DNA from: Elusimicrobiota bacterium
GTDB lineage: Bacteria > Elusimicrobiota > Elusimicrobia > 2-02-FULL-39-32
Assembly: GCA_023249715.1 (NCBI GenBank)
Contig: JAHFCA010000001.1
Coordinates: forward strand, 1 to 35,148
Direction of reading: 5' to 3'
Length of the DNA stretch: 35,148 nucleotides
Shown here: piece after piece, positions 9,539-19,191 of the stretch
Layout: the number at the start of each line of letters is the position of its first letter
Position numbering within the stretch: the first letter of the stretch is position 1
Notes under the pieces: generated by a model
The model's database searches: none
What the model was told of the DNA's origin: nothing
What the model saw: only the letters and a program-made list of their open reading frames with translations
Position numbers and translations under genes: made by a program

Positions 9539-9558
9539 TCTCGTTTTTTTGTTATAAT
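9530..9558 (+). promoter_or_regulatory. candidate sigma70-type promoter for rpsB-tsf
   Basis: TTGGAT (9530-9535), 17-nt spacer, TATAAT (9553-9558), with an extended -10 TG at 9550-9551. It overlaps the tatC 3' end. Sequence pattern only. Confidence 0.45.
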
Positions 9559-9604
9559 AATACTCTTACAGTAATTAAATGAGGAGAAAAGGGACTAAAG
9601 AACA

Positions 9605-10456
9605 ATGATAAACATATCAATGAAGAACCTCTTAGAGGCAGGGGTCCATTTTGGTCATAAGACGCGGGCCTGGAACCCTAAAATGGCAAAATATATTTAT
9701 GGGGCGCGAAATGATATCCATATTATAGATTTATCAAAAACGGTTAAAGAGCTTAAAAAAGCTCTTAAATTTTTAAAAGATTCCGCTGCCGCTAACAAGG
9801 TATGCCTTTTTGTGGGAACGACTAAACAATCTCAGGAAGCGGTATTCGAAGCAGCGCAAAAGTCGGGAAGTCCTTATATCAACCAGCGGTGGTTGGGAGG
9901 CACCTTGACTAATTTTATGACCGTGCGTAAATCGGTAGAACGGCTTAAAGAGATTGAAAAAATGAAGGAAGATAAAATCTTAAATTACATTCCTAAAAAA
10001 GAAGCTGCTCAGTTAGAAAAATTAAGAATCCGGTTAGAGAAGTCTCTCTGCGGAATTAAAGATATGCCCACCCTTCCAGACTTAATGTTTGTTATAGATC
10101 CCATGGCAGAGATGACGGCTGTTATGGAAGCTAAAAAACTGGAAATTCCAATTGTCGCTGTTTGCGATACTAATTGTAATTCAGACCTTATCGATTATCC
10201 TATTCCAGGCAATGATGATGCTGTCCGTTCCGTAAAACTCTTTTGCACCTATGTTGCTGAGGCACTATTAGAAGGAAAGGCGGAACTCCAAAAGGCAGCC
10301 GAAGCCGAACAGGCGGCCATCCCTTCCGCTCCTTCCCAAAGCAGTGAAACAGAAAGCCAAAAAATAGAAGAGTTAAGTGCAAAAATTGCGACGCCAGAAG
10401 GTGTTGCTATCGAAGCGGCTCCAATATCCAATGTCTCTCCCATAGAGGGAGAATAA
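9605..10456 (+). CDS. rpsB: 30S ribosomal protein S2
   Basis: The N-terminus MINISMKNLLEAGVHFGHKTRAWNPKM is the canonical uS2 start. 283 aa, with a ~55-aa A/E/S-rich C-terminal extension. Confidence 0.95.
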   Translation: MINISMKNLLEAGVHFGHKTRAWNPKMAKYIYGARNDIHIIDLSKTVKELKKALKFLKDSAAANKVCLFVGTTKQSQEAVFEAAQKSGSPYINQRWLGGTLTNFMTVRKSVERLKEIEKMKEDKILNYIPKKEAAQLEKLRIRLEKSLCGIKDMPTLPDLMFVIDPMAEMTAVMEAKKLEIPIVAVCDTNCNSDLIDYPIPGNDDAVRSVKLFCTYVAEALLEGKAELQKAAEAEQAAIPSAPSQSSETESQKIEELSAKIATPEGVAIEAAPISNVSPIEGE

Positions 10457-10458
10457 AA

Positions 10459-11352
10459 ATGGCCGTAACTGCTCAGGATGTTCAAAAGCTAAGAGAAATG
10501 ACAGGGGCGGGCATTTTGGACTGCCAAAAAGCTCTGCTTTCGAGCCAAGGGAGCTTTGAGAATGCTATTCAATTTTTAAGAGAAAAGGGAAAGGCTTCCG
10601 CTCAAACCAAAGTAGGAAGAGCCGCTGGACAGGGAGCGATTACTGTTTGGGTGAGCGAGGATGGAAAATCCGGGAGTCTTCTGGAGCTAAATTGTGAGAC
10701 AGATTTTGTCGCTAGAACAAAAGATTTTCAAGAATTGTCTAAAGAGCTCGCCCTATTAGCTTCTAAAAACCAGCACCAGTCTAAAGAAAGTTTTCTTAAA
10801 GAATCTCGAGTGAATGGATCTGAAACGGTGGATTCTTTATTAAAAGAAAAAATTGGAAAATTAGGGGAGAATATAGTTTTTAAACGAGTTAAAAGTTTTA
10901 GTTCTCCCAATAGCCAATTGGGATATTACATTCATTCTCCCTATGATTCCGCTCCCAACTCGGGCCGTTTGGGTGTTTTAATTGAAGCTAAAACCGGTTC
11001 AAAAGGGTCCGTTTTACAGGAAATTTTAAAAGAAATTTGTATGCAGATTGCGGCTACAAATCCCCGATGGATTAAGAAAGAGGATGTCCCGTCAGAGATT
11101 GTGGAAAAAGAAAAAGCGATTTATTTGGAACAATGTAAGCAAATGGGGAAGCCCGAAGCTGCTTGGCCTAAAATAATAGAAGGCAAATTTAAAGATTTTT
11201 ATAAACAATTTTGTTTGATGGAGCAAAATTACGTTCGAGATTCTTCGGGGAAAACCAGTGTTCAATCCTTTATAGAATCGGGCTCGAAACAGTTAGGGGA
11301 AACTCTCTCTGTCGTTAACATGGTGCGTTTTAAAGTAGGAGAAGATTCGTAA
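10459..11352 (+). CDS. tsf: elongation factor Ts
   Basis: UBA-like N-terminus VQKLREMTGAGILDCQKAL, plus LELNCETDFVART. Conserved rpsB-tsf pairing. Confidence 0.9.
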   Translation: MAVTAQDVQKLREMTGAGILDCQKALLSSQGSFENAIQFLREKGKASAQTKVGRAAGQGAITVWVSEDGKSGSLLELNCETDFVARTKDFQELSKELALLASKNQHQSKESFLKESRVNGSETVDSLLKEKIGKLGENIVFKRVKSFSSPNSQLGYYIHSPYDSAPNSGRLGVLIEAKTGSKGSVLQEILKEICMQIAATNPRWIKKEDVPSEIVEKEKAIYLEQCKQMGKPEAAWPKIIEGKFKDFYKQFCLMEQNYVRDSSGKTSVQSFIESGSKQLGETLSVVNMVRFKVGEDS

Positions 11353-11366
11353 AACCTTCCTAATAA

Positions 11367-12071
11367 ATGCCTGCCCGAGTAATCCTAAAATTGTCAGGAG
11401 AATCCCTCGCAGGGGATACAGGGTGGGGAATTGATTTAAAATCTCTTTTTAATATAGCTCAAGAAATAAAAGAAGCCCACAGCCACAACATCCAGATAGG
11501 AGTGGTCGTGGGGGGTGGAAATATTTGGCGGGGTGGCCGCGATAAGGGGCTGCATTTAGACCGCGTGATCGCGGACAATATGGGAATGTTGGCCACCATT
11601 ATTAACGCCTTGGCTCTACAGGATGCGTGTGAACAAGTGGGAGTTCATACCCGCGTACTTTCGGCGGTAGAAGTGTCTAAAGTTTCTGAACCTTTTATTA
11701 GAAGGCGCGCCATTCGCCATATGGAAAAAGGACGCCTAATTATTTTTGCGGCCGGAACTGGCAACCCTTATTTTTCTACGGATACGGCGGCGGCCCTGAG
11801 GGCCATTGAAATTAACGCCGAAATTCTGTTAAAAGCGACTCAGGTAGATGGAATTTATAGCGATGATCCACGAAAAAATAAATCTGCGGAGTTATACCAC
11901 ACCTTAACTTTTCAAGAAGCGATTGAAAAAAAACTTAAAATCATGGACACCTCGGCGCTGGCTTTATGTCAGGAAAATAAAATTCCTGTTCGAGTATTTA
12001 ATTTACATGAACCGGGAAGTATTACGAAGGCGATCTGTGGAGAAAAGTTAGGAACACTTTTAACAATTTAG
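11367..12071 (+). CDS. pyrH: UMP kinase
   Basis: ILKLSGESLAG, VVGGGNIWRG, GNPYFSTDTAAALRA. Confidence 0.9.
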   Translation: MPARVILKLSGESLAGDTGWGIDLKSLFNIAQEIKEAHSHNIQIGVVVGGGNIWRGGRDKGLHLDRVIADNMGMLATIINALALQDACEQVGVHTRVLSAVEVSKVSEPFIRRRAIRHMEKGRLIIFAAGTGNPYFSTDTAAALRAIEINAEILLKATQVDGIYSDDPRKNKSAELYHTLTFQEAIEKKLKIMDTSALALCQENKIPVRVFNLHEPGSITKAICGEKLGTLLTI

Positions 12072-12082
12072 GGGACCTAGAG

Positions 12083-12625
12083 ATGCAAAGCACTGAATCT
12101 GAAATGATAAAAACCTTGGAGAAATTTAAATCTGAGTTAGTGACGTATAGAACGGGGCGAGCTCATATTTCTATGCTGGAAGGAGTGCGTGTGGATTATT
12201 TTGGAAGTGTGCTCCCCATTCCGCAGCTAGCCACCATTTCCATAGTAGAGGCGCGGACTTTTGAAATAAAGCCGTGGGATAAAGAATCTTTAAAAGCCAT
12301 TGAGCAGGCGATCCTAAAATCGGATCTAGGCTTGACTCCTTTTAACGATGGAAAAGTGATGCGTTTAACTTTACCGGCTCCCACAGAGGAAAGAAAAAAA
12401 GATATTATCCGCAGGGTGCGTAAAGGGGCCGAAGACTTTAGGGTCAACATCCGAAATATTCGGAGAGAAGGCGTGGAAATTTTAAAAGCCCAAGAAAAAG
12501 AGAAAAAAATATCTAAAGACGATCTGCGTCGTTCTGAACAAACCGTTCAAAAACTAACAGACCACTACATTAAACTGATGGATGATGCCCTCCTTCTTAA
12601 AGAGAAGGAAATTCTGGAATCCTAG
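12083..12625 (+). CDS. frr: ribosome recycling factor
   Basis: 180 aa with the RTGRA motif and LTLPAPTEERKKD. Conserved position after pyrH. Confidence 0.9.
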   Translation: MQSTESEMIKTLEKFKSELVTYRTGRAHISMLEGVRVDYFGSVLPIPQLATISIVEARTFEIKPWDKESLKAIEQAILKSDLGLTPFNDGKVMRLTLPAPTEERKKDIIRRVRKGAEDFRVNIRNIRREGVEILKAQEKEKKISKDDLRRSEQTVQKLTDHYIKLMDDALLLKEKEILES

Positions 12626-12643
12626 GTTCTTCCTCCCATTGCA

Positions 12644-13369
12644 GTGACACAGGAAGGCGCTCTCCTCCACAAAATTCGACAAAAAGAGATCCCCGAACAT
12701 ATTGCCATTATTATGGATGGGAATGGCCGTTGGGCCAAACATCGGGGGATGCCGCGTATTTACGGTCATCGGGCGGGAACTAAGAGTGTTAGGGAAATGG
12801 TTCGAACTTGCGGGGAACTAAAAGTAAAGGTTCTTACTTTATATACTTTTTCTACAGAAAATTGGTCCAGACCCAAAACCGAAGTGAACTCCCTGATGGG
12901 CCTGCTTTGCGCCATGCTTCAGAAAGAAGTAGAGGATTTAAATAAGAATGGGGTCACGTTAGAATCCATTGGAAAAACGGAAGAGCTTCCAACTCGGGTG
13001 CAAAAGGAACTCCAATGCGCTAAGGAAAAATTGCAGCACAATCGAGGCAAAGGACTCTTACTTAATTTGGCTTTAAATTATGGAGGGAGGCAAGAAATAT
13101 TGGACGCAACAAACTCCATGATTCAAGCGGGCATAAAGCATGTGGATGAAAAAATCTTTAGAGATCATCTCTATACGCGTTCTATGGTAGATCCCGATTT
13201 AATTATTCGGACTTCGGGAGAAGAGCGTCTTTCGAATTTCTTAATTTTTCAGGGAGCGTATTCTGAATTTTATGTGACAAAAGTTTTTTGGCCGGATTTT
13301 AGTAAATTTGAACTCTATCGGGCGATTGAAGCCTATCAAAATAGAGAAAGGCGCTTTGGAAAAGCATAG
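12644..13369 (+). CDS. uppS: undecaprenyl diphosphate synthase (cis-prenyltransferase)
   Basis: HIAIIMDGNGRWA, LTLYTFSTENWSRP, RTSGEERLSNFL. GTG start. Confidence 0.9.
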   Translation: MTQEGALLHKIRQKEIPEHIAIIMDGNGRWAKHRGMPRIYGHRAGTKSVREMVRTCGELKVKVLTLYTFSTENWSRPKTEVNSLMGLLCAMLQKEVEDLNKNGVTLESIGKTEELPTRVQKELQCAKEKLQHNRGKGLLLNLALNYGGRQEILDATNSMIQAGIKHVDEKIFRDHLYTRSMVDPDLIIRTSGEERLSNFLIFQGAYSEFYVTKVFWPDFSKFELYRAIEAYQNRERRFGKA

Positions 13370-13372
13370 ACG

Positions 13373-14209
13373 ATGCTGCTCCCCCGTTTTTTAACCGCGG
13401 TATTCGGTCTTCCACTGATCCTATTCACTATTTGGTGGGGACAAATCCCCTTTCTGGTTATGGTCTTTGGCATTGTGTTATTAGCGCTCTATGAATATTA
13501 TAATTTGGCGGAATGTGCTTCTCTTCCTGTATTTAAAAGTGTGGGATTAGTTTGTGGGGGAATCTTTTCGTTGGGAATATGTTTTTTAGGAACTTCCCTT
13601 GCCGAAGAGTGGGGTTCGCCCATACGGTCTGTTTTTCTCCCTCTCTTTTTAGCTTTTACGTTGGCGCTGTTTTCTTTTTTTAATTTTTTCTCCAGAAAAA
13701 AAGAGAACGCGTTTATCGCTCTATCTCTGATGTGGTTTGGAAATTTTTATGTGGCTTGGACGCTTTCCCATCTTTATTTATTGAGGGAGATGAAACCAGA
13801 GGGTCTGTATTACACCTATTTTTTATTTTTTGTCATTTGGGCTCTCGACATAGGAGCCTACTTAGGAGGAATACGGTTTGGCAGAAGGAGACTCTCAGAA
13901 TATATTAGTCCTAAAAAGACGTGGGAAGGCGCTGTCGTGGGATCTGTAACCGCCTTGGGAGCTGCGACCCTTTGCAAAGTCTCTTTTTCAAATTTTTTAA
14001 ATTTAACGCAGACTCTTATATTGGCGACGGTTATTATTTTGGTGGCCCAAGTTTCGGACTTATCGGAATCTCTTTTTAAAAGAAACGTGGGGGTGAAAGA
14101 TTCAGGAAATCTCTTGCCGGGGCATGGTGGAATTTTAGATCGCTTTGATTCGTTCCTTTTAACCACGCCTCTCTACTATTATTTACTTGTTTTCTTTCTA
14201 AATAAATAA
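13373..14209 (+). CDS. cdsA: phosphatidate cytidylyltransferase (CDP-diglyceride synthase)
   Basis: Polytopic 278 aa with the CdsA signature SDLSESLFKRNVGVKDSGNLLPGHGGILDRFDS. Confidence 0.85.
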   Translation: MLLPRFLTAVFGLPLILFTIWWGQIPFLVMVFGIVLLALYEYYNLAECASLPVFKSVGLVCGGIFSLGICFLGTSLAEEWGSPIRSVFLPLFLAFTLALFSFFNFFSRKKENAFIALSLMWFGNFYVAWTLSHLYLLREMKPEGLYYTYFLFFVIWALDIGAYLGGIRFGRRRLSEYISPKKTWEGAVVGSVTALGAATLCKVSFSNFLNLTQTLILATVIILVAQVSDLSESLFKRNVGVKDSGNLLPGHGGILDRFDSFLLTTPLYYYLLVFFLNK

Positions 14210-15381
14210 TGAAAAAGAAAATTACGCTTTTAGGTTCTACCGGTTCCATTGGAGATAGCGCTCTAAAGGTTTTGGACCGCAATCGGGATGCTTTTGAAGT
14301 CGTAGGATTAAGCACCGAAAGTAATATTGAAAAGCTGTATCTGCAGATAAAGAAATGGAAACCTCGCGCCGTTGGCATTGTAAACCCTAGCGCCTATGCT
14401 CAATTTATAAAGAGCTACGGAAGTTTTATTAAAGCACAAAAGATAAAACTATTTTCCGGAGTAGAGTCTCTAGAAAATTTGGCGGAACAAAAGGCGGATC
14501 TTATTCTTTCTGGAGTGGTGGGAGGAGTGGGAATAAAGGCGCTTTTGACGGCGTTAAAGCTGGGTCGGACAGTTGCGCTGGCGAATAAAGAGTCTCTTGT
14601 CATGGCAGGGGAACTTGTGCGCCAGTGCCTAAAAAGATATGGAGGGAAAATTTTGCCCGTAGATTCTGAACATTCAGCCATGTTCCAGTGTTTAGAAGGA
14701 CAAAATGGAAATTCAATTCATAAAATTATTCTTACGGCTTCGGGAGGGCCTTTTTACCGTTATTCCGGGGACCTCTCTAAAGTAACGGTGGACTATGCCC
14801 TAAAGCATCCCAATTGGATTATGGGGAAAAAAATTACTATCGATTCCGCTACCTTAATGAATAAAGGATTGGAAAAGATAGAAGCGCACTATTTATTTGG
14901 CGTTCCATTAAAGAGAATTGAGATTCTAATTCATAGACAATCCATTATTCATTCGGCGGTGGAATTTGAAGATGGCTCTATTTTAGCCCAATTGTCGCAT
15001 CCGGATATGTGTTTGCCAATTCAATATGCCTTAACCTATCCCGAAAGAAAACCGTGTCCCATTGCCCGGCTTAATTTAGCCCGGATAAAACAACTCGATT
15101 TTGAAGTCCCCGATTTTAAACGCTTTCCCGCCCTCAATTTAGCTCTTTTGGCTGCAAAATCTGGAGGAACTTTTCCCGCCGCGCTCTCCGCCTCAAATGA
15201 GATTGCGGTGTATGCGTTCTTAAATAAAAGAATACGATTTACGGAAATAGCGTCCGTGGTGGAGCAAGTGTTGGAACGGCATAAAAATACGGGGAGGACG
15301 GATTTAGAATCTATTTTGTTTGCGGACCAATGGGCGAGAAGCAAGGCAGAAGAAACTATACGAAAGTTTGAGAGGAACTAA
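14209..15381 (+). CDS. dxr: 1-deoxy-D-xylulose 5-phosphate reductoisomerase
   Basis: LLGSTGSIGDSAL NADPH-binding start, LANKESLV, PVDSEHSA, HPNW.MG.KITIDSAT.MNKG. The ATG overlaps the cdsA stop by 1 nt (TAATG). Confidence 0.9.
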   Translation: MKKKITLLGSTGSIGDSALKVLDRNRDAFEVVGLSTESNIEKLYLQIKKWKPRAVGIVNPSAYAQFIKSYGSFIKAQKIKLFSGVESLENLAEQKADLILSGVVGGVGIKALLTALKLGRTVALANKESLVMAGELVRQCLKRYGGKILPVDSEHSAMFQCLEGQNGNSIHKIILTASGGPFYRYSGDLSKVTVDYALKHPNWIMGKKITIDSATLMNKGLEKIEAHYLFGVPLKRIEILIHRQSIIHSAVEFEDGSILAQLSHPDMCLPIQYALTYPERKPCPIARLNLARIKQLDFEVPDFKRFPALNLALLAAKSGGTFPAALSASNEIAVYAFLNKRIRFTEIASVVEQVLERHKNTGRTDLESILFADQWARSKAEETIRKFERN

Positions 15382-15384
15382 AAT

Positions 15385-16440
15385 ATGATGACATTGATTG
15401 CAGTTGTGTTAGTGTTTAGCGTGGTTGTGGTTATTCATGAGTTGGGCCACTTTTTAGTGTGCCGGTATTACGGGGTGAGAGTAGAAAAATTTGCGATTGG
15501 GTTTGGCAAGGAAATCGTTGGCTTTAATTGGAAAGGAACCCGATGGTCTTTTTGTCTCCTTCCTTTGGGAGGATATGTAAAGCCAGCCGGAGAGGAAATT
15601 GAAGAAAGTTCCGGAGCTCCTGACGAGTTTTTTGGTCAAAATTGGCAGCATCGCAGCGCCATTGCTTTGGCAGGGCCCGTTATGAATTATATTTTAGCCT
15701 TTGTTTGTTTTTTTTCTCTGGTCTTTTTTTGGGGACAGGCCGAGACCTCTAACCAACCTGTGATTGGGGAGGTAATAGCCGGATTCCCTGCCGAGGCCTC
15801 GGGATTCGCAAAGGGAGACCATATGGTGGCTATTAATGGAAAGGAAATAAATAGTTGGGAAGATGCGGCAAAACTTATTCATACTCACCCAGGACAGACG
15901 ATCGATATCCGATTTAAAAGAATAGTGAATAATCAATCAATTGAGAAAATTGTGGCGGTAATTCCTAAAAAAGATCCCCAAAGAGAGGTCGGCGTGATTG
16001 GCATATCTCCCATGGTGGAAATGGTTCCTCAAGGATTTTTTAAGTCGCTTTCGAGCGCGGGACATCAAACCTATTTTTGGACTTATTTAACCCTAAAGTA
16101 TTTAGGGGATGCCATTGTTCAGAGAAAAAAGCCGGAGTTGGCGGGGCCTATTGGAATTGTTACGATTATCGCGAAAGTCTCTAAAGAAGGGTTTCAGGAA
16201 ATTTTGGGGTTGGTGGCGCTGATATCGTTATCTCTTGGACTATTTAATTTTTTCCCAATCCCTTTGTTGGATGGGGGGCATGTTTTTCTTTATTTAATCG
16301 AAGGGATAATGCGAAAACCACTGAATAAAAAGATGGTTCGCGCGGCGAATATGGTGGGAGCGACTCTTCTGATTACGATATTTATTTACGCGACCAGCCA
16401 AGATCTCTCTCGTTTAAAAATTCCGTTTATTAATAAATAA
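15385..16440 (+). CDS. rseP: site-2 protease, RseP/RasP family (M50 zinc metalloprotease, single PDZ)
   Basis: HELGH in the first TM, a central PDZ-like segment (GDHMVAINGKEINSWED), and the C-terminal NFFPIPLLDGGH motif. Confidence 0.85.
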   Translation: MMTLIAVVLVFSVVVVIHELGHFLVCRYYGVRVEKFAIGFGKEIVGFNWKGTRWSFCLLPLGGYVKPAGEEIEESSGAPDEFFGQNWQHRSAIALAGPVMNYILAFVCFFSLVFFWGQAETSNQPVIGEVIAGFPAEASGFAKGDHMVAINGKEINSWEDAAKLIHTHPGQTIDIRFKRIVNNQSIEKIVAVIPKKDPQREVGVIGISPMVEMVPQGFFKSLSSAGHQTYFWTYLTLKYLGDAIVQRKKPELAGPIGIVTIIAKVSKEGFQEILGLVALISLSLGLFNFFPIPLLDGGHVFLYLIEGIMRKPLNKKMVRAANMVGATLLITIFIYATSQDLSRLKIPFINK

Positions 16441-16454
16441 ATATTTCAATAGAT

Positions 16455-17234
16455 ATGGGACTATTTTTAAGTAAACTGGTGGCTGTTTTAATTTATCCCT
16501 TAACTATTTCCCTGGAACTATTAGGATTGGCGATTCTATTATTCTGTTTTAAAAAAAAGAGAACGGCGATATTTTTAATTTGCTCTAGTTTTGTTTTTTT
16601 ATGGCTGTTTTCGATGCCGGTGGTTTCGTGTTATTTGCAGGTGAAATTAGAAAGGAACTATCTTCCTGTGGTATGGAAAGAGTCGCCTTCCGCGGATGCG
16701 ATTGTGATTTTGGGCGGAGGGGTAGGGGCTCCCTATTATCCCCGCCTGTATCCAGACCTTTGTGACGCATCCGATAGAGTGCTCCATGCGGCGCAATTGT
16801 ATAAAGCAAAAAAAGCGCCTTTTATTATCGCCAGCGGCGGCGCCATTCCCTGGCTGGGTAACATTCCCGAAGCCCAGCCGATGTTGACGCTTTTGGAAGA
16901 TTGGGGGGTTCCAAAAAAATCTGTTATTTTGGAAGATGGCAGCAAAAATACGCGGCAAAACGCTTTGAACATTAAGCAAACCATGGAGAGACATGGAATG
17001 AAAAAAATACTCCTTGTTACTTCGGCGCTCCATATGAGGAGAGCTCTAGCGACATTCCGCTCCGTTGGGATAGATGCGATCCCCTCGCCGACCGACTATG
17101 AAATTGTGAGGGGAGAGGGAGGCCGCAGAACTGTTTTAGAATATTTGCCGGACGCCGGAGCGCTCTCCGCGGCAACGCATGCGATTCGGGAATACGCGGG
17201 ATATATTGTGTATCGCTGGCTGGGTTGGATATAA
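16455..17234 (+). CDS. DUF218 (YdcF/ElyC-like) membrane-anchored envelope protein
   Basis: 259 aa with N-terminal TM helices, then DUF218-like motifs (DAIVILGGG, NTRQNA, LLVTSALHMRRA). Function is not assignable from sequence. Confidence 0.6.
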   Translation: MGLFLSKLVAVLIYPLTISLELLGLAILLFCFKKKRTAIFLICSSFVFLWLFSMPVVSCYLQVKLERNYLPVVWKESPSADAIVILGGGVGAPYYPRLYPDLCDASDRVLHAAQLYKAKKAPFIIASGGAIPWLGNIPEAQPMLTLLEDWGVPKKSVILEDGSKNTRQNALNIKQTMERHGMKKILLVTSALHMRRALATFRSVGIDAIPSPTDYEIVRGEGGRRTVLEYLPDAGALSAATHAIREYAGYIVYRWLGWI

Positions 17235-17252
17235 TATCCTAGAATTTAAATT

Positions 17253-18542
17253 ATGAAATTATCTCAATATTATATTCCTACGTTGCGCGAGGCTCCTCGG
17301 GATGCGGAAAATGTTTCTGCGCAACTGATGATGCGGTCCGGAATGGTGCGCAAGGTGGCGAGCGGGCTCTATTCATTCCTACCCCTAGGGATGCGAGTTC
17401 TAAAAAATGTGGAGGAGATCATTCGGGAGGAGATGAACGGCATCGGGGCATTGGAAGTGTGGCTGCCCCATATTCAACCCAAAGAATTATGGGAAGAGAC
17501 CGGCCGATGGGGAGTTTATGGCAAAGAGCTGCTGAGAATTAAAGATAGAAAAAATTCTGAATTTTGTTTTGCGCCTACGGCGGAAGAGGTGATTACCGAT
17601 TTAGTGCGAAAAGATGTGAAATCGTACCGCCAATTGCCGATTACATTGTACCAGTTTGGCGCTAAATTTAGGGATGAAATCCGTCCCCGCTTTGGCGTGA
17701 TGAGAGCCCGGGAATTTTACATGAAGGATGCCTACTCGTTTCATGCCGATGAGACGGATGCTTCAAACTATTATGAGAAAGCGTTTGAAGCGTATGGGAA
17801 AATTTTTAAAAAGTGCGGGCTTAAATTTTGGCCGGTGCAGGCGGAATCCGGAGCCATTGGGGGCAGTTTCTCGCATGAATTTATGGTGTTAGCCGAAACC
17901 GGAGAGGACGAAATTGTTTCTTGTTCCAATGGCTGCGGCTACGCGGCGAACCGAGAGAGAGCTGCCGTAGAATATGGGAGAGAGGTTAAATCGGAAGATC
18001 TCTGTTTGCGGTGCAAGGAGAAGGGGAAAGAGTCTCCTTTACGTTTTTCCAGAGGGATTGAAGTGGGGCACACGTTTAAGTTAGGCGCCAAATATTCTCA
18101 AGCGATGCAGGCCACCTATTTGGACGATGCGGGGAAATCGCATCCCTTTGTGATGGGGTGTTATGGCATTGGGGTATCCCGAGTAGTAGCTGCGGCGATC
18201 GAACAAAGCTATGACGCGAATGGAATTATTTGGCCCAGGGAGATCGCCCCTTTTCAGGTGATTCTAGTTCCCATTAATTTTGAGGAGCCAAAAACCAAAG
18301 AGTGGAGTCTGGAAATTGAAAGAGAATTGACCCAACGGGGTGTTTCTGTTTTGTTAGACGACCGTTCGGAACGAGCCGGGGTTAAGTTTAAAGATGCCGA
18401 TTTGATTGGGGCTCCCATCCGGGTTACCATCGGAGAGAAGGGCATTCAGAACGGAACGGTAGAAGTAAAAGAGAGAGCGGGGGAGACGGTGATCCATGTA
18501 AGAAAAGAAGAAATCTTAACGCATTTAATTGAACGGATATGA
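17253..18542 (+). CDS. proS: prolyl-tRNA synthetase, bacterial-type but lacking the INS editing domain
   Basis: Bacterial ProRS N-terminus [15 protein letters not shown] and class II motif 2 ([25 protein letters not shown]). GGSFSHEF..., then only ~30 aa, precede [16 protein letters not shown]. Anticodon-binding C-terminus present. 429 aa, against ~570 for INS-containing enzymes. Confidence 0.9.
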   Translation: MKLSQYYIPTLREAPRDAENVSAQLMMRSGMVRKVASGLYSFLPLGMRVLKNVEEIIREEMNGIGALEVWLPHIQPKELWEETGRWGVYGKELLRIKDRKNSEFCFAPTAEEVITDLVRKDVKSYRQLPITLYQFGAKFRDEIRPRFGVMRAREFYMKDAYSFHADETDASNYYEKAFEAYGKIFKKCGLKFWPVQAESGAIGGSFSHEFMVLAETGEDEIVSCSNGCGYAANRERAAVEYGREVKSEDLCLRCKEKGKESPLRFSRGIEVGHTFKLGAKYSQAMQATYLDDAGKSHPFVMGCYGIGVSRVVAAAIEQSYDANGIIWPREIAPFQVILVPINFEEPKTKEWSLEIERELTQRGVSVLLDDRSERAGVKFKDADLIGAPIRVTIGEKGIQNGTVEVKERAGETVIHVRKEEILTHLIERI

Positions 18543-18577
18543 AAGCCGACATTAACTTTAAAAAATTAAAAGCGCAT

Positions 18578-18607
18578 TGACATAGACCCGTCGTAGAAGT
18601 TATAATC
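18578..18607 (+). promoter_or_regulatory. near-consensus sigma70-type promoter for rimP-nusA-infB
   Basis: TTGACA (18578-18583), 18-nt spacer, TATAAT (18602-18607), with an A-rich tract upstream (18561-18572). It sits in the 118-nt proS-rimP gap. Confidence 0.55.
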
Positions 18608-18616
18608 ATTATAGAA

Positions 18617-18650
18617 GTGGCTGAAGGTGATGCCGCTTTTTTGTTTTTTA
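18617..18650 (+). terminator. weak intrinsic-terminator-like hairpin with T-tract (proS terminator and/or rimP-nusA leader attenuator)
   Basis: AGTGGC (18617-18622) pairs with GCCGCT (18633-18638): 6 bp including one G-U, with a 10-nt loop. It is followed by TTTTTTGTTTTTT. It lies downstream of the -10 hexamer, so it would be in the leader RNA. Confidence 0.3.
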
Positions 18651-18660
18651 AAGGAAACCA

Positions 18661-19170
18661 ATGTCTTTATCTAAAGAAATTCAAGATTTTATAGATTCTA
18701 AACTGAAAGAAAACGGTTTTGAATTGGTAGATTTGGATTATCGTAAAGAGGGGGGGCGATGGATCTTAAGAGTCTTTATGGATAAACTTATCTCTCCTGA
18801 GGAAACGTCTCCTGAAGTAAAAGAAGGAATATTGAAGTCGGGAGTTACTCTGGAGGATTGTGAACGCATGAGTGAAACATTGGGACGTTGGCTGGATACG
18901 ACTTCTTTCTTTATGACTCCCTATGTCTTAGAGATTTCTTCCCCGGGAATAAACCGGACATTAAAAAGAGAGGACCAATTTTTAAAATTTATAGGACAAA
19001 ACGTTAAAGTATCTCTCTATGCTCCTTTGAGTCTGGAATCAAAACAGAAAAATTTTGCAGGAAAATTAGTCGATTGCAAAAACCACTCTATATCCGTTGA
19101 AGATGCTACGAGTGGATTAGCTCAAATTCCAATCGAGAGTATCGCAAAAGCGCATCTCAATATCATTTAA
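18661..19170 (+). CDS. rimP: ribosome maturation factor RimP
   Basis: 169 aa with GFELVDLDYRKEGGRWILRVFMDK and LEISSPGINRTLK. Conserved position upstream of nusA. Confidence 0.85.
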   Translation: MSLSKEIQDFIDSKLKENGFELVDLDYRKEGGRWILRVFMDKLISPEETSPEVKEGILKSGVTLEDCERMSETLGRWLDTTSFFMTPYVLEISSPGINRTLKREDQFLKFIGQNVKVSLYAPLSLESKQKNFAGKLVDCKNHSISVEDATSGLAQIPIESIAKAHLNII

Positions 19171-19191
19171 TTTATAAAGAAGGATAATAAA

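Noticed and set aside
16585-18542. Locally higher GC (about 48-60% in sampled lines of the DUF218 gene and proS, against ~32-40% in nusA and nuo lines), with all three reverse frames open at 16736-16809. Considered as a horizontally acquired island.
   Set aside because: pnp shows similarly GC-rich lines, so the variation tracks protein type (soluble, conserved enzymes against membrane or K/E-rich proteins). There are no flanking repeats, tRNA or integrase, and the genes occupy their conserved syntenic positions. Proper windowed GC and codon statistics were not computed.
18628-18660. In-frame upstream starts for rimP (GTG 18628, ATG 18631), which would add MPLFCFLKET to the protein.
   Set aside because: The extension is encoded by the terminator-like T-tract and has no SD. 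The RimP family N-terminus aligns with the ATG at 18661, which is preceded by AAGGA.
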